From: Candidatus Latescibacterota bacterium
GTDB lineage: Bacteria > Latescibacterota > UBA2968
NCBI GenBank assembly: GCA_965204745.1
Contig: OZ242010.1
Span: 864,001 to 928,000 of the forward strand
DNA length: 64,000 bases
Reading direction: 5' to 3'
In this document: positions 1-10,908 of the stretch, one piece after another
Position numbering within the stretch: position 1 is the stretch's first letter
Layout of the letters: each line of letters begins with the position of its first letter
Notes under the pieces: generated by a model
Seen by the model: the letters and a program-made list of their open reading frames with translations, nothing else
What the model was told of the DNA's origin: nothing
Databases searched by the model: none
Program-made: the position numbers and the translations under genes

Positions 1-296
1 ATGTTTTTCATGTGACCAATCCGGTGCGGTTTGAGCGCGAGATTAAGGTGACGATTGAACACGGGCACGGCAATCACTTAGCTAATGAAATGGCGTCTGT
101 GGCCTATTGGTATCAAAAAGAGCCGCATCGAGAATTTGGGATTCTCCCGGTGCAAAAGCGACAACCCGTGGCGCGGTTGCGCGAACGCCGCACAGTTGAT
201 TGGGCACGAGACCGCGATGCCCAAACCGCACAGCGCGAGGTGGTGTTGAATGCGGAGATGGAAGAGATGAAGCGGCAATGGGCGGAGAAGCAGTAG
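1..296 (+). CDS. DUF2961 / GH172-like glycoside hydrolase, C-terminal part (runs in from window edge)
   Basis: Motif NPVRFEREIKVTIEHGHGNHLANEMASVAYWYQ resembles the DUF2961 C-terminus (IEHG...SVAYWYQ). Confidence 0.75.
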   Translation, partial: VFHVTNPVRFEREIKVTIEHGHGNHLANEMASVAYWYQKEPHREFGILPVQKRQPVARLRERRTVDWARDRDAQTAQREVVLNAEMEEMKRQWAEKQ

Positions 297-373
297 TCAG
301 TGGTCAGTGGTCAGTGGTCAGTGGTCAGTAGTCAGTAGTCAGTAGTCAGTAGTCAGTAGTCAGTAGTCAGTAG
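291..373. repeat. Heptamer tandem repeat (CAGTAGT/CAGTGGT) x~12
   Basis: Directly visible; begins at the last codon/stop of the upstream gene. Confidence 0.95.
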
Positions 374-687
374 GTTCTGTTGACATTTACGAGCAAAGCA
401 ACTAGCTTGAGCGGTTTATCGAGAAAATCAAGCCCTATCGCAGAATATGCTCTCGGTATCGGGACCTACCCCCCTAACCCCCCTTCCTTAGAGGAAGGGG
501 GGAACGCGGATGGGTTTTGCGAGGGGATGGTGTGAGGGATTTTTAATCGCTTTATGCCCTCGGTCAATGCCATCAGAACAACCATAGATATAAGCCATCA
601 AAGGAGCTTTACTCCCCTTTCCTCTTAGGAAAGGGGCCGGGGGATAGGTCCCCTCGCGCAACGCCATCAAAGGGCCAAACGCATTAA
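373..687 (+). mobile_element. MITE family A, copy 1 (right end truncated), carrying REP-like palindromes
   Basis: TA|GGTTCTGTTGACATTT left end and interior nearly identical to 45152-45420; right arm stops after AAACGCATTAA. Confidence 0.75.
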
Positions 688-725
688 GGGATAGGCCCCG
701 TGCCTGTCCGCAGGCAGGTGCTAAA

Positions 726-980
726 GTGCTGTTATTCAGCATACTGAGGTGGTATGATGTTGCACTTGGCAGCGAAGAGCGAGATTATGTCGTCAAGCGC
801 GATGAGTATTTCGCGCACGGGATTTGGGAATACGTCATTGTCGATCCCTTCCGAAAGGTCGTTACCGTGCTTTCGCGTGGGGCGCGTGGTTATCTGGCAC
901 GCGAATTGAGAGATGGCGAGGTTTATACTTCTAGGCAACTTCCCGGCTTTGAATTTCCAATCGTTGATTTGGCCTGGTAG
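726..980 (+). pseudogene. Uma2 family endonuclease, C-terminal fragment
   Basis: RDYVVKRDEYFAHGIWEYVIVDP...LPGFEF is the Uma2 C-terminal half; N-terminus absent next to the MITE. Confidence 0.7.
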
Positions 981-1015
981 GTGGTCCAAAGGTGTTACAC
1001 CACAGGAGGCTCACT

Positions 1016-4000
1016 ATGTTTTTTGGTCGTTTGTCGTTTAGACCGAACGCCGGACACATTGAGTTGGCGGCGTTTTTTCGCACGGGGATGCTGGTCGCGG
1101 TGCTGTTGGCGGGAACCCTGCTCGTTCTGGCTCCGGCTGAGGCGCAACCGAGGGTGTCGAGCATCACCCTGAACAGCGGCTATGGCTCCAACAATGAGTG
1201 GTTTGGCGACCAAGAAATTATCGCCACCGTGACGTTTAGTGCCGCAGTGGATGTGACGTATAGCGAGGCCCTCATCAGCCGCCGGCCCGGGCTCCAGCTC
1301 CTCATCGGTGCCAATAACTTGCCTCAGCGACAATGCGGTAGCGTATACTCTCAAGCTACCAGCGAGTGCATCGTGTACATGCAGTTGAAACGCGGTGGCA
1401 ACACCGGTTGTGCGAATGGTTCATGCAGCAATGTCACCTCCCTGAAGTTCGGCTGGACCCCGACTGAAGAATTTCTGGACACCGACGGCATCGTCATTCC
1501 GCAGAACGCATTGGCGAACAACGGTGGCTCGACAATTACGACCTCAGGCACCACCACGGACGTGAATTTGAGCCATAGTGCCTACTCGGGTGTTGCCCGC
1601 AAAGTGGATGGTGGCAAGGTCAGGAACACCGGACTCACCATTTCCAAGCAGACGTTCATCAAGGGCGTACCCGCGTACACTCAACTTCCCGCCATGAGCC
1701 GCGGCCCAGCGATAGGCGATAGGGGCATCAACCACTATCTCTTAGGACCTGGGGAGGCTTACATTACCTTTGATGGATATTCTATACGCGATTCGACTGG
1801 GCTAACTTGGGACAGGAATGGCGATGGCTGGGCCGATGTCAGTTGCGGAGCGGCACGCACCATCTGCGGCACGCCGACCCGGACCTTGAGCGCGACCACA
1901 TACCAGTATCGCGGGCAACGCAACAATCTCAATTTCGCAAATTACGATTTCGCTATCGAGGTTCTGAATACGCCCACGGCTTGGATCGATTCCACCGCCA
2001 CTTCGCCCGTCTCTCTAAACGAGGACAACCTAAACGGCGCGACGGTCACCGTGAAACTGGCCAACGTCACCTATGTCGCGGGCGGCGCAGAGCGATTCGA
2101 GCTCACCGCTCCAACGGGCGTGTCGATTTCCAGCGTGTCGGGCGGCGGCGCGGGCAGCACCACAGCCACGCTGACGCTCGCGTACGACAATACCGACTTC
2201 GACGCGGCTCGGACGCTCGCGGTGAAGGTGAAGGCGGCGGGCCATTCCGGTAGCAACGACCTGACCACCAGCAGGCCGGCGAACAGTGCCGCCTCGGTGA
2301 AGGCATCGTTGCCGGTGGCGCATGTGCTCGAGGCGACGCCGGGCCAACCGACTATTGTGTCCGTAACGCCGGGGGTAGAGTCGCTCGCGGTAAAGTGGAA
2401 CACCGTAACCGGCGCGACCAGTTACAAATTGCAGTGGAAGTACGGTGCGCTGAACTACGATTCTTCTCGGCAGACAACGGTCACCGCCCCGGACACGAGC
2501 CATACCATCCCCAACCTGACCGGGGTGCAACACACCGTGCGGGTGATCGCGACGAGCTCCAAAGCGGTTACACCCGACGGCACGGCCTCTCAGGAATCGA
2601 CAGGCACGCCCATAGTGCCATCGCTGTCGATCAACTCGCCGAGCGTTACCGAGGGGCCGACCGGCGCGAGTGCGACGCTGACGTACACGGTGACGCTCAG
2701 TCCGGCGAGCAACAACCAAGTGACGGTGGCCTACGCGCAAGGGAGCGGTGGGAGCGCGACGTCTGGCACGGATTACACGGCGTTGAGCAGCGGCACGCTG
2801 ACCTTTACGGCCGGGCAGACGAGCAAGACGATCACCTTGTCTGTGACGGGCGATGATACGGATGAACCGGACGAGACGGTTGAAGTGACGTTGAGCAGCC
2901 CGACCAACGCGGCGATCTCTACGGCAACCGGCACCGGGACGATTACGGACGATGACGATCCGCCGTCTCTGTCGATCAACTCACCGAGCGTTACCGAGGG
3001 GCCGTCCAATGCGAGTGCGACGCTGACGTACACAGTGACGTTGAGCGCGGCGAGCGGGAAGGAGGTAAAGGTTGCGTATGCCCAAGGGAGCGGTGGGAGC
3101 GCGACGTCTGGCACGGACTACACGGCGTTGAGCAGCGGCACGCTGACTTTTCGGACTGGTCAAACCGATACGACGATCACCTTGTCTGTGACGGGCGATG
3201 ATATGGATGAACCGGACGAGACGGTTGAAGTGACGTTGAGTAGCCCGACCAACGCGACGATCGCCACGGCAACCGGCACCGGGACGATTACGGACGATGA
3301 CGATCCGCCATCGCTGTCGATCAACTCACCGAGCGTTACCGAGGGGCCGTCCAATGCGAGTGCGACGCTGACGTACACGGTGACGTTGAGCGCGACGAGC
3401 GGGAAGGAGGTAAGGGTTGCGTATGCACAAGGAAGCGGTGGGAGCGCGACTCAGGGCACGGATTACACGGCGTTGAGCAACGGCACGCTGACCTTTACGG
3501 CCGGGCAGACGAGCAAGGCGATCACCTTGTCCGTGACGGGCGATGATACGGATGAACCGGACGAGACGGTTGAAGTGACGTTGAGTAGCCCGACCAACGC
3601 GACGATCGCCACGGCGACGGGTACCGGGACCATTACGGACGATGACGATCCGCCGTCTCTGTCGATCAACTCACCGAGCGTTACCGAGGGGCCGTCCAAT
3701 GCGAGTGCGACGCTGACGTACACGGTGACGTTGAGCGCGGCGAGCGGGAAGGAGGTAAGGGTTGCGTATGCACAAGGGAGCGGTGGGAGCGCGACGTCTG
3801 GCACGGATTACACGGCGTTGAGTAGCGGCTCGCTGACCTTTACGGCCGGGCAGACGAGCAAGGCGATCACCCTGTCCGTGACGGGCGATGATACGGATGA
3901 ACCGGACGAGACGGTTGAAGTGACGTTGAGCAGCCCGACCAATGCGACGATCGCCACGGCAACCGGCACCGGGACGATTGCGGACGATGACGATCCGCCG

Positions 4001-7000
4001 TCTCTGTCGATCAACTCGCCGAGCGTTACCGAGGGGCCGACCGGCGCGAGTGCGACGCTGACGTACACAGTGACGTTGAGCGCGGCGAGCGGGAAGGAGG
4101 TAAGGGTTGCGTATGCACAAGGAAGCGGTGGGAGCGCGACGTCTGGCACGGATTACACGGCGTTGAGCAGCGGCACGCTGACTTTTCGGATTGGTCAAAC
4201 CGATACGACGATCACCTTGTCCGTGACGGGCGACGCGCTGGACGAGCTGAACGAGACAGTTGAAGTGACGTTGAGTAGCCCGACCAATGCGACAATTTTG
4301 ATCGGCACTGGCACTGGCACGATTATAGACGACGATGGCTCGCCTACGCTGTCAATTGACTCTCCCAATGTTATCGAGGGGCCGGCTAACGCAACGGCGA
4401 CGCTGACGTACACGGTGACGCTCAGTCCGGTGAGCGGTCAACAGGTGACGGTGGACTATGCGGAAGGGAGCGGTGGGACCGCGACTCAGGGCACGGACTA
4501 CACGGCGTTGAGCAGCGGCACGCTGACCTTTACGACCGGACAGACGAGCAAGACGATCACCTTGTCCGTGACGGGCGATGATGCGGACGAACCGAATGAG
4601 ACGATTGTGGTGATGTTGAGCAACCCGACCAATACGACGATCTCCGCGGCGACGGGCACCGGGACGATTGCGGACGATGACGATCCGCCGGCACTGTCGA
4701 TCAACTCGCCGAGCGTTGTTGAAGGGCCGGCCGGCGCGAGTGCGACGCTGACGTACACGGTGACGTTGAGCGCGACGAGCGAGAAGCAGGTGATCGTTGC
4801 GTACGCGGAATCCAGTAGCGAGCGCACCGCAACTCCGGGCACGGATTACACGGCGTTGAGCAGCGGCGCGCTGACCTTTACGGCCGGACAGACGAGCAAG
4901 ACGGTCACGGTATTGGTGGCGGGCGATGATGCGGACGAACCGGACGAGACGATTGTGGTGACGTTGAGCAACCCGACCAACGCGACGATCTCCACGGCGA
5001 CGGGCACCGGAACGATTGCGGACGATGAGCCGACGCCTTCGGTGACGCTCATTTTGACGCCGCAGGCAATTGACGAAAATGGAGGCACGGCGGCGATAAT
5101 GGCGACTTTGAGCGGTATGTCGGGCGCGCAGACGACAGTGACGGTTTCGGCTGTTGCGGTGTCTCCTGCGGTAGCGGGCGATTTCACGTTGAGCGAGAAC
5201 GCGGTTTTGACCATTGTAGCGGGCGCGACGACGAGTGGGGGAGTGACGATTGCTGCGGTCAATGACGAGATAGATTCGCCGAACAAACAGGTGACGATTT
5301 CGGGGACCACGGCCGGCGGTTACGGCGTAGCGGATCCAGATGACGTGACGCTGACGATAGAGGACGACGATGGGCCGCCGACCGTGAGGCTCGTTTTGAC
5401 GCCTCCTCAGATTCCGGAGTTTGATGGGACGAGCAGGGTAACAGCGACCATGAACCGAGCGTCGAGCGCGCAGACGACGGTGACGGTTTCGGCTGTTGCG
5501 GTGTCTCCTGCGGTGGCTGGCGATTTCGCGTTGAGTGAGAACGCGGTTTTGACCATTGTAGCGGGCGCGACGACGAGTACGGAGGAAGTGACGATTGCTG
5601 CGGTCAATGACGGGATAGAAGGGCCGGGCAAGACCGTGACGGTTTCGGCCGTGTCTGCCGGGGGCAATGGCATAGCGAATCCGGCGAGCGTGACGCTGAC
5701 GATTTTGCCGAATACGATTCCGTCGTTCACGGATGGGATGGATCCGCAACGCTACGAGCAGGGTATCGCCATTTCTCCGCTGACTCTGCCCGGGGCAACC
5801 GGTGGCGAGGGAACGCTGACGTATAGCATGGAGACCCCGCCCGGTCTGGACTACACCGCGCCGGGCAGTGGGGATGGCCATGGCGGTGTTTTGTCTGGCA
5901 CGCCGACCGAAGCGATAGAAAAGACGATCTACACGGTGACGGCGACTGATGGAGACGGGGAGGCGGGGGCCCTGTCTTTCTTCATTACTGTGGTGGAGAA
6001 CCCACAGCCAGCTCTTGACGCTGCGACAGTGGCGGCGCAGAACTATGTGCAAAACAGGGAGATCGCGCCCCTGACATTGCCCGAAATGACGGTACAGGGT
6101 GGGGCACTGACCTATAGCCTGACGCCTGCGCTACCTTCTGGCTTGAGCTTTGACGCGACGACGCGGGAACTTTCCGGCACGCCGGTCGAGGCGATAGATG
6201 AGACCGAGTACACGCTGACCGCGACGGACGAAGATGGCACTGTTGAGACGCTGACTTTCACTCTTTCAGTGGTGGCGAATTTGATTCCGTCGTTTGGCGA
6301 TACGGTTGCGGTGGCGGCGCAAAATTATGTGCAGGACAGGGAGATCGATGCGGTGACGCTACCTGCGGCGACGGGTGGGAATGGGGTGCTGTCCTACGCG
6401 CTGCTACCCGCGTTGCCTTCTGGCCTGAGTTTTGACGCGACGACGCGGGAACTTTCCGGCACGCCGCTCAAGGCGACAGACGAGACCGAGTTCGCGCTGA
6501 CCGCGACGGATAGAGATGGCGATGTGGGGACGCTGGCGTTCACCATTTCAGTGGTGGCAGATTCGATCCCTTCCTTCGGCAATACGACTGTGGTGGCGCA
6601 GAGCTATGTGCTAAATCGGGAGATCGATGCGGTGACGCTACCTGCGGCGACAGGTGGGAATGGAATATTGATCCATGTGCTAACGCCTGCGTTGCCTTCT
6701 GGCTTGAGTTTTGATGTGCGGACGCGGGAACTTTCCGGCACGCCGCTCGAGGCGATAGACGAGACCGAGTACACCTTGACGGCATTGGACGCAGATGGTG
6801 ACGTGGCTTCGTTGACTTTTACCCTTGAGGTGCAGGAGGCGACGCCCGATTTTGATGGCAATGACCGCGTTGATTTTATGGATTTTCTGTCCTTTGTCAG
6901 CAAGTTCGGAATGCGTCAGGGCGACGCGGGGTACGATGTGCGGTACGATCTGGATGGCAATGGCGAGATTGGGTTTGGCGATTTCCTCATCTTCGCCGGC

Positions 7001-7021
7001 AGTTTTGGCTCATCAGGCTGA
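1016..7021 (+). CDS. Giant surface protein/adhesin: signal peptide, Cys-containing N-terminal domain, FN3, 7 Calx-beta repeats, 2 Ig-like repeats, 4 putative Ig (He_PIG-like) repeats, C-terminal dockerin/EF-hand-like pair
   Basis: AGGAGG at 1004-1009 before ATG 1016; 115-aa repeats with AT.GTDY...GTLTF..GQT...D..DEPDET; LPSGLSFD....LSGTP repeats; DFDGNDRVDFMDF...DLDGNGEIGFGDF. Confidence 0.9.
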   Translation: MFFGRLSFRPNAGHIELAAFFRTGMLVAVLLAGTLLVLAPAEAQPRVSSITLNSGYGSNNEWFGDQEIIATVTFSAAVDVTYSEALISRRPGLQLLIGANNLPQRQCGSVYSQATSECIVYMQLKRGGNTGCANGSCSNVTSLKFGWTPTEEFLDTDGIVIPQNALANNGGSTITTSGTTTDVNLSHSAYSGVARKVDGGKVRNTGLTISKQTFIKGVPAYTQLPAMSRGPAIGDRGINHYLLGPGEAYITFDGYSIRDSTGLTWDRNGDGWADVSCGAARTICGTPTRTLSATTYQYRGQRNNLNFANYDFAIEVLNTPTAWIDSTATSPVSLNEDNLNGATVTVKLANVTYVAGGAERFELTAPTGVSISSVSGGGAGSTTATLTLAYDNTDFDAARTLAVKVKAAGHSGSNDLTTSRPANSAASVKASLPVAHVLEATPGQPTIVSVTPGVESLAVKWNTVTGATSYKLQWKYGALNYDSSRQTTVTAPDTSHTIPNLTGVQHTVRVIATSSKAVTPDGTASQESTGTPIVPSLSINSPSVTEGPTGASATLTYTVTLSPASNNQVTVAYAQGSGGSATSGTDYTALSSGTLTFTAGQTSKTITLSVTGDDTDEPDETVEVTLSSPTNAAISTATGTGTITDDDDPPSLSINSPSVTEGPSNASATLTYTVTLSAASGKEVKVAYAQGSGGSATSGTDYTALSSGTLTFRTGQTDTTITLSVTGDDMDEPDETVEVTLSSPTNATIATATGTGTITDDDDPPSLSINSPSVTEGPSNASATLTYTVTLSATSGKEVRVAYAQGSGGSATQGTDYTALSNGTLTFTAGQTSKAITLSVTGDDTDEPDETVEVTLSSPTNATIATATGTGTITDDDDPPSLSINSPSVTEGPSNASATLTYTVTLSAASGKEVRVAYAQGSGGSATSGTDYTALSSGSLTFTAGQTSKAITLSVTGDDTDEPDETVEVTLSSPTNATIATATGTGTIADDDDPPSLSINSPSVTEGPTGASATLTYTVTLSAASGKEVRVAYAQGSGGSATSGTDYTALSSGTLTFRIGQTDTTITLSVTGDALDELNETVEVTLSSPTNATILIGTGTGTIIDDDGSPTLSIDSPNVIEGPANATATLTYTVTLSPVSGQQVTVDYAEGSGGTATQGTDYTALSSGTLTFTTGQTSKTITLSVTGDDADEPNETIVVMLSNPTNTTISAATGTGTIADDDDPPALSINSPSVVEGPAGASATLTYTVTLSATSEKQVIVAYAESSSERTATPGTDYTALSSGALTFTAGQTSKTVTVLVAGDDADEPDETIVVTLSNPTNATISTATGTGTIADDEPTPSVTLILTPQAIDENGGTAAIMATLSGMSGAQTTVTVSAVAVSPAVAGDFTLSENAVLTIVAGATTSGGVTIAAVNDEIDSPNKQVTISGTTAGGYGVADPDDVTLTIEDDDGPPTVRLVLTPPQIPEFDGTSRVTATMNRASSAQTTVTVSAVAVSPAVAGDFALSENAVLTIVAGATTSTEEVTIAAVNDGIEGPGKTVTVSAVSAGGNGIANPASVTLTILPNTIPSFTDGMDPQRYEQGIAISPLTLPGATGGEGTLTYSMETPPGLDYTAPGSGDGHGGVLSGTPTEAIEKTIYTVTATDGDGEAGALSFFITVVENPQPALDAATVAAQNYVQNREIAPLTLPEMTVQGGALTYSLTPALPSGLSFDATTRELSGTPVEAIDETEYTLTATDEDGTVETLTFTLSVVANLIPSFGDTVAVAAQNYVQDREIDAVTLPAATGGNGVLSYALLPALPSGLSFDATTRELSGTPLKATDETEFALTATDRDGDVGTLAFTISVVADSIPSFGNTTVVAQSYVLNREIDAVTLPAATGGNGILIHVLTPALPSGLSFDVRTRELSGTPLEAIDETEYTLTALDADGDVASLTFTLEVQEATPDFDGNDRVDFMDFLSFVSKFGMRQGDAGYDVRYDLDGNGEIGFGDFLIFAGSFGSSG
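2615..5035 (+). repeat. Seven intragenic 345-bp Calx-beta tandem repeats
   Basis: Unit recurs at about 2618, 2963, 3308, 3653, 3998, 4343, 4688. Confidence 0.9.
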
Positions 7022-7060
7022 ACGACGAAAGATGCGAAAGGGCACGCATACGAGACAAAA

Positions 7061-7102
7061 AAGTAAAGCCCGGGTTCCCGGTGAACTCGGGCTTTACTTT
7101 TT
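7061..7102 (+). terminator. Intrinsic terminator of adhesin gene
   Basis: AAGTAAAGCCCGGGTTC...GAACTCGGGCTTTACTT hairpin followed by T-run. Confidence 0.8.
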
Positions 7103-7770
7103 GGGACCTACCCCCCTAACCCCCCTTCCTGCGAGGAAGGGGGGAACGGTGAGCGGTTTTGCGAAGGGAATGGCGAGAGGTTTTTTTGGTGGATCATGGC
7201 GTGATCCAGTCGCTCAAAGCCATCAAAACAGGCCTAGATGCAAACCTTCAAAAAGCCATGTGCTCCCCCTTTCCTCGTAGGCACAGGCGTAGCCTACAAT
7301 GAGCGAAGCGAATAACGGGGGCCGGGGGGATAGGTCTTGTGAGGAAGGGGGAATGGCGAGAGGTTGTGCGAGGGATTGTGTGTAAGGGTTTTTGGATTTT
7401 CATGGCGTGATCTATTCGCTCAAAGCTATCAAAACAGCCAGGGAGACAAACCTTCAAAAAGCCATGCGCTCCCCCTTTCCTTGTAGGCACAGGCGTAGCC
7501 TACAATGAGCGAAGCGAATAACGGGGGCCGGGGGGATAGGTCTATGGCGGCAGGGCATGCGAAGGACACAGCGGAGTGGGAACGATGAAGCGGCGGTAGA
7601 GCGGACGGGCACGCACACGGCGGGGCGGTGAGGAGAAGGGAACGCACGAGTGGTTGGGCGGAGAGGTGAGGCACGCACGGGTGGCGGGGTGGAGCGGTAA
7701 AGTGGCGGTAGGGCGGTGTGGGGTAATCCGCGCAATCCCCTAATCCGTTTAATCCGCGATTCAGACACGG
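7103..7770. repeat. Composite REP-like repeat cluster (GGACCTACCCCCCTAACCCCCCTTCCT..AGGAAGGGG palindromes, ~210-bp tandem duplication, AATCCG-rich unit)
   Basis: Same modules recur at 461, 10697, 45221, 57447-57770, 59420-59615, 63560. Confidence 0.85.
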
Positions 7771-7834
7771 TGGGGCGGTTAGGGATAGGACAATGGGCAA
7801 ATCCCAAGCCATAATCCAAGTTGATCGTAGATCA

Positions 7835-8965
7835 CTAAACCGCGAGAAATTTTGGGTAGGTGGTGAGGTTTTCGCAACCGTTTTGGGTGACGACGACGAG
7901 GTCTTCGATGCGGGTGGCGCCGCGGCCGGGGTAATACAGGCCGGGTTCGACGGTGACGACGTGGCCCGCGCAGAGGGTTTCGGAGATTTTGCCGATGCGG
8001 GGGGGTTCGTGGATTTCGAGGCCCAAGCCGTGGCCCGTGCCGTGGAAGAACCCGTGCATGTGGCCGTCTTCAGTGCCGGTTTCGTAGTTGCGGCTGTCAA
8101 ACAATTCGGTGAGGGATTGGTGGATGGCTTGGCCGTCTGCGTCTGCGCGGATGCTTTCGAGGACGAGGTTTTGGCCTTCGAGGACTGTGTTGTAGATGTT
8201 TTGGAGTTCGGCAGAAGGCTCGCCTTTGACCACGGTGCGGGTGATGTCGGCAAAATAGCTGGTGCGGTTTGAGCGGGGGAAAATGTCGATGATGATGGCG
8301 CGGTGGGCACGCAAGGGGCCGCTGCCTTCGTCGTGCGGGTCGCAGGCTTGATCGCCGCAGGCGACGATGGTGTGGTTGGTGGTGCAGTTGCGTTCCATCA
8401 GGGTGAGTTGGATGTGGCGTTTGACGAGTTCAGAGGTGAGGGGTTCGCTGTCGTGGTAGAGGGTGGTGCCGCGAATGTCGGCATTGCGGATGAGGGCGAT
8501 GGCGACGTCCATCGCGGTTTCGGCGTGTTGTTGCACAGCGCGAATGTGCGCGATTTCCGCCTCTGTTTTGATCGCGCGCTCGGGCCAAAACGCGCTTTTT
8601 GGAAATGCGATGCGGTATCCGCGGTCGCGCAGGTCGTCTGCGATGGCGACGGAAAAGGCGCGGGGGACGTTTAGGTGCGCGATGTTTTTTTCGATCAAAA
8701 ACTCGTGGAGAATGTCGATTGAAGACGGGGTTTCGATGTCGCGTTCTTTGGCTTTTTCTTCGTAGTCGGACAGGGCGAGGACGTGATCGACACGGGCCTG
8801 GGATCGCGCACGGTCGCGTTCCAAGTCGGACATGAGCAGGTATTTTTCCGCGCCGATTTGCAGAAAAATGAAGGGGTCGGGCGCGAGAAAGCGCGTGGCG
8901 TAATACATGTCGGCATCGGTTTCACTGGCGGCGATCATGAGACGCGCTTCGGTGGGATCGTTCAC
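7835..8965 (-). CDS. Xaa-Pro aminopeptidase (M24B family)
   Basis: IIDIFP...YFADITRT, HGTGHGLGLEIHEPP, TVEPGLY, RIED motifs. Confidence 0.92.
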   Translation of the reverse strand: MNDPTEARLMIAASETDADMYYATRFLAPDPFIFLQIGAEKYLLMSDLERDRARSQARVDHVLALSDYEEKAKERDIETPSSIDILHEFLIEKNIAHLNVPRAFSVAIADDLRDRGYRIAFPKSAFWPERAIKTEAEIAHIRAVQQHAETAMDVAIALIRNADIRGTTLYHDSEPLTSELVKRHIQLTLMERNCTTNHTIVACGDQACDPHDEGSGPLRAHRAIIIDIFPRSNRTSYFADITRTVVKGEPSAELQNIYNTVLEGQNLVLESIRADADGQAIHQSLTELFDSRNYETGTEDGHMHGFFHGTGHGLGLEIHEPPRIGKISETLCAGHVVTVEPGLYYPGRGATRIEDLVVVTQNGCENLTTYPKFLAV

Positions 8966-8975
8966 GGGGTTGGCC

Positions 8976-10421
8976 TCATTTTGGAATTTTCATGGAGAGG
9001 AAGCGGCGGTTGCCATTGCGGTTGATGGAAAACGCGGCGTTTTTCCCCTTTTTGAGTTTGGATATGGCGAGTTCGAAATCGCGGACGGTTGCGATGTCTT
9101 GCCGAAAGGGGATTTGACGCACGCCAAAGATGATGTCGCCTTCGGCAAAGCCGGCGGCGCGGGTACGGCGCGAAACGCGGGTGACGATCACGCCTTTGAC
9201 ATCTGTTTCGATGCCGTATTCGTCGGCGAGTGCCGGGGTGAGGTCGCGGACCGTCAGGCCGAGTTCCGAGGCCGAGGCGGTTTCGCTGTCGTCGCTGGGG
9301 GGCGCGTCTTCTGCGCTGGTGAGTTCTTCGGGCAGGGTTTCGCCCAAGGTGACGCGCACAGTGAGATTTTCGGTATTGCGCCGCACGCTGAGGGTGACGC
9401 CATCGCCCGGGTGTTTGCGGGCGACGAGGCTTTGCAGTTGGTTGGGGCGGTTGACGGCTCGACCATCAACTTCGAGGATGATGTCGCCACTTCGCAGGTT
9501 GGACTCGGCGGCTGGGGTGTTGGCTAAGACTTCGGTGATGAGTACGCCTTTGGGGCGGTCGAGTCCAAAAGCCTCTGCCGTGCCCGCATCGACCTGGGTG
9601 AGGAGAATGCCGATATAACCGCGTTTGACTTTGCCGTGGTTGACGATGTCGTTCATCACTTTTTTGGCGAGGTCGATGGGCACGGCAAATCCATAGCCGA
9701 TGAAGGAGCGGTTGGACGTGGCAATGGCGGTGTTGACGCCGATGACTTCGCCGTTGAGGTTGACGAGCGCGCCGCCCGAGTTGCCGGGGTTGATGGCGGC
9801 GTCGGTTTGGATGAAGTCTTCGATGCTCAGGCCCTTGCTGTCGCGGATGATGTCGATGTCGCGGCCTATCGCGCTGACGATGCCCGCGGTGACGGTGGAT
9901 TCGAGGTTGAGGGGCGCGCCAATGGCGAGCACCCATTCGCCAATTTCAACGGCGTCTGACCGGCCAATGGTTGCGGGTTTGAGACCCTTGGCGTCAATTT
10001 TGATGACGGCGATGTCCGTGCGCGGGTCAGAGCCGATGAGCACGGCGTCGTATTCGCGGTTGTCGCTGAAGGTGACGGCGAGTTGGGCGGCTTCGCCCGC
10101 GACGTGGTGGTTGGTGAGAATATAGCCATCGGCGGTCATGACAATGCCGGAGCCGGTGCTTTGCCGATCCGGGATTCTGCCGCGAAATTCGGGAAATCGA
10201 AAGAAGGGGATGTTGCGCTGCAGGTCGTCTTCATCCGTTTCTCGGGTGATGTTGATGGTGACGACCGATGGGGTGACTTCTCGCGCAATGGCTTTGAAGG
10301 CGGTGTTGTAGGTTTTGAGTTGGGCAATGGCGCGTTGTTCTTCGGCTGTGCGCGTGGCGTGGACATTGAGGGATGCGAATGACAGGGTTGCAATGAGGGC
10401 GATGAAGATGCGGGTTTTCAT
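8976..10421 (-). CDS. htrA: HtrA/DegP/DegQ serine protease with two PDZ domains
   Basis: Signal peptide; TNHHV, DIAVIK, QTDAAINPGNSGG; AGGAG upstream of ATG 10421. Confidence 0.95.
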   Translation of the reverse strand: MKTRIFIALIATLSFASLNVHATRTAEEQRAIAQLKTYNTAFKAIAREVTPSVVTINITRETDEDDLQRNIPFFRFPEFRGRIPDRQSTGSGIVMTADGYILTNHHVAGEAAQLAVTFSDNREYDAVLIGSDPRTDIAVIKIDAKGLKPATIGRSDAVEIGEWVLAIGAPLNLESTVTAGIVSAIGRDIDIIRDSKGLSIEDFIQTDAAINPGNSGGALVNLNGEVIGVNTAIATSNRSFIGYGFAVPIDLAKKVMNDIVNHGKVKRGYIGILLTQVDAGTAEAFGLDRPKGVLITEVLANTPAAESNLRSGDIILEVDGRAVNRPNQLQSLVARKHPGDGVTLSVRRNTENLTVRVTLGETLPEELTSAEDAPPSDDSETASASELGLTVRDLTPALADEYGIETDVKGVIVTRVSRRTRAAGFAEGDIIFGVRQIPFRQDIATVRDFELAISKLKKGKNAAFSINRNGNRRFLSMKIPK

Positions 10422-10454
10422 GGGGATCGACTCCTTAGATACGAGATGGGCGTT

Positions 10455-10632
<178 letters not shown>

Positions 10633-10908
10633 AAGGCGTTTGCAATTTCGAGGCTTAGACACAGGACGCCGCGTGATAGTTCCGAGAAATTTTATTGGGA
10701 CCTATCCCTCTAGCCCCATTCCTTCCGAAAAGGAATGGGGGAATCACCTCTTCTCTCCGACACGCATTAAACCATCGTTCAGCGTCACTCCGGCCACAGG
10801 CGTAGCCGCCGCTGGAGTTCAGTGATTCAATCCCGTTGCGTGCTCTCTGTCGTACTGGTCCCTGCGAAAATGGCGAGAGAACGTCTCCCCACCTCGGGGA
10901 AGGGGTCA

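Noticed and set aside
4352-6052. 566-aa minus-strand ORF and similar long antisense ORFs (24884-26908, 38600-39889, 54647-56038, 47251-48354)
   Set aside because: Shadow frames of clear genes in GC-rich DNA; Arg-rich or low-complexity, no motifs
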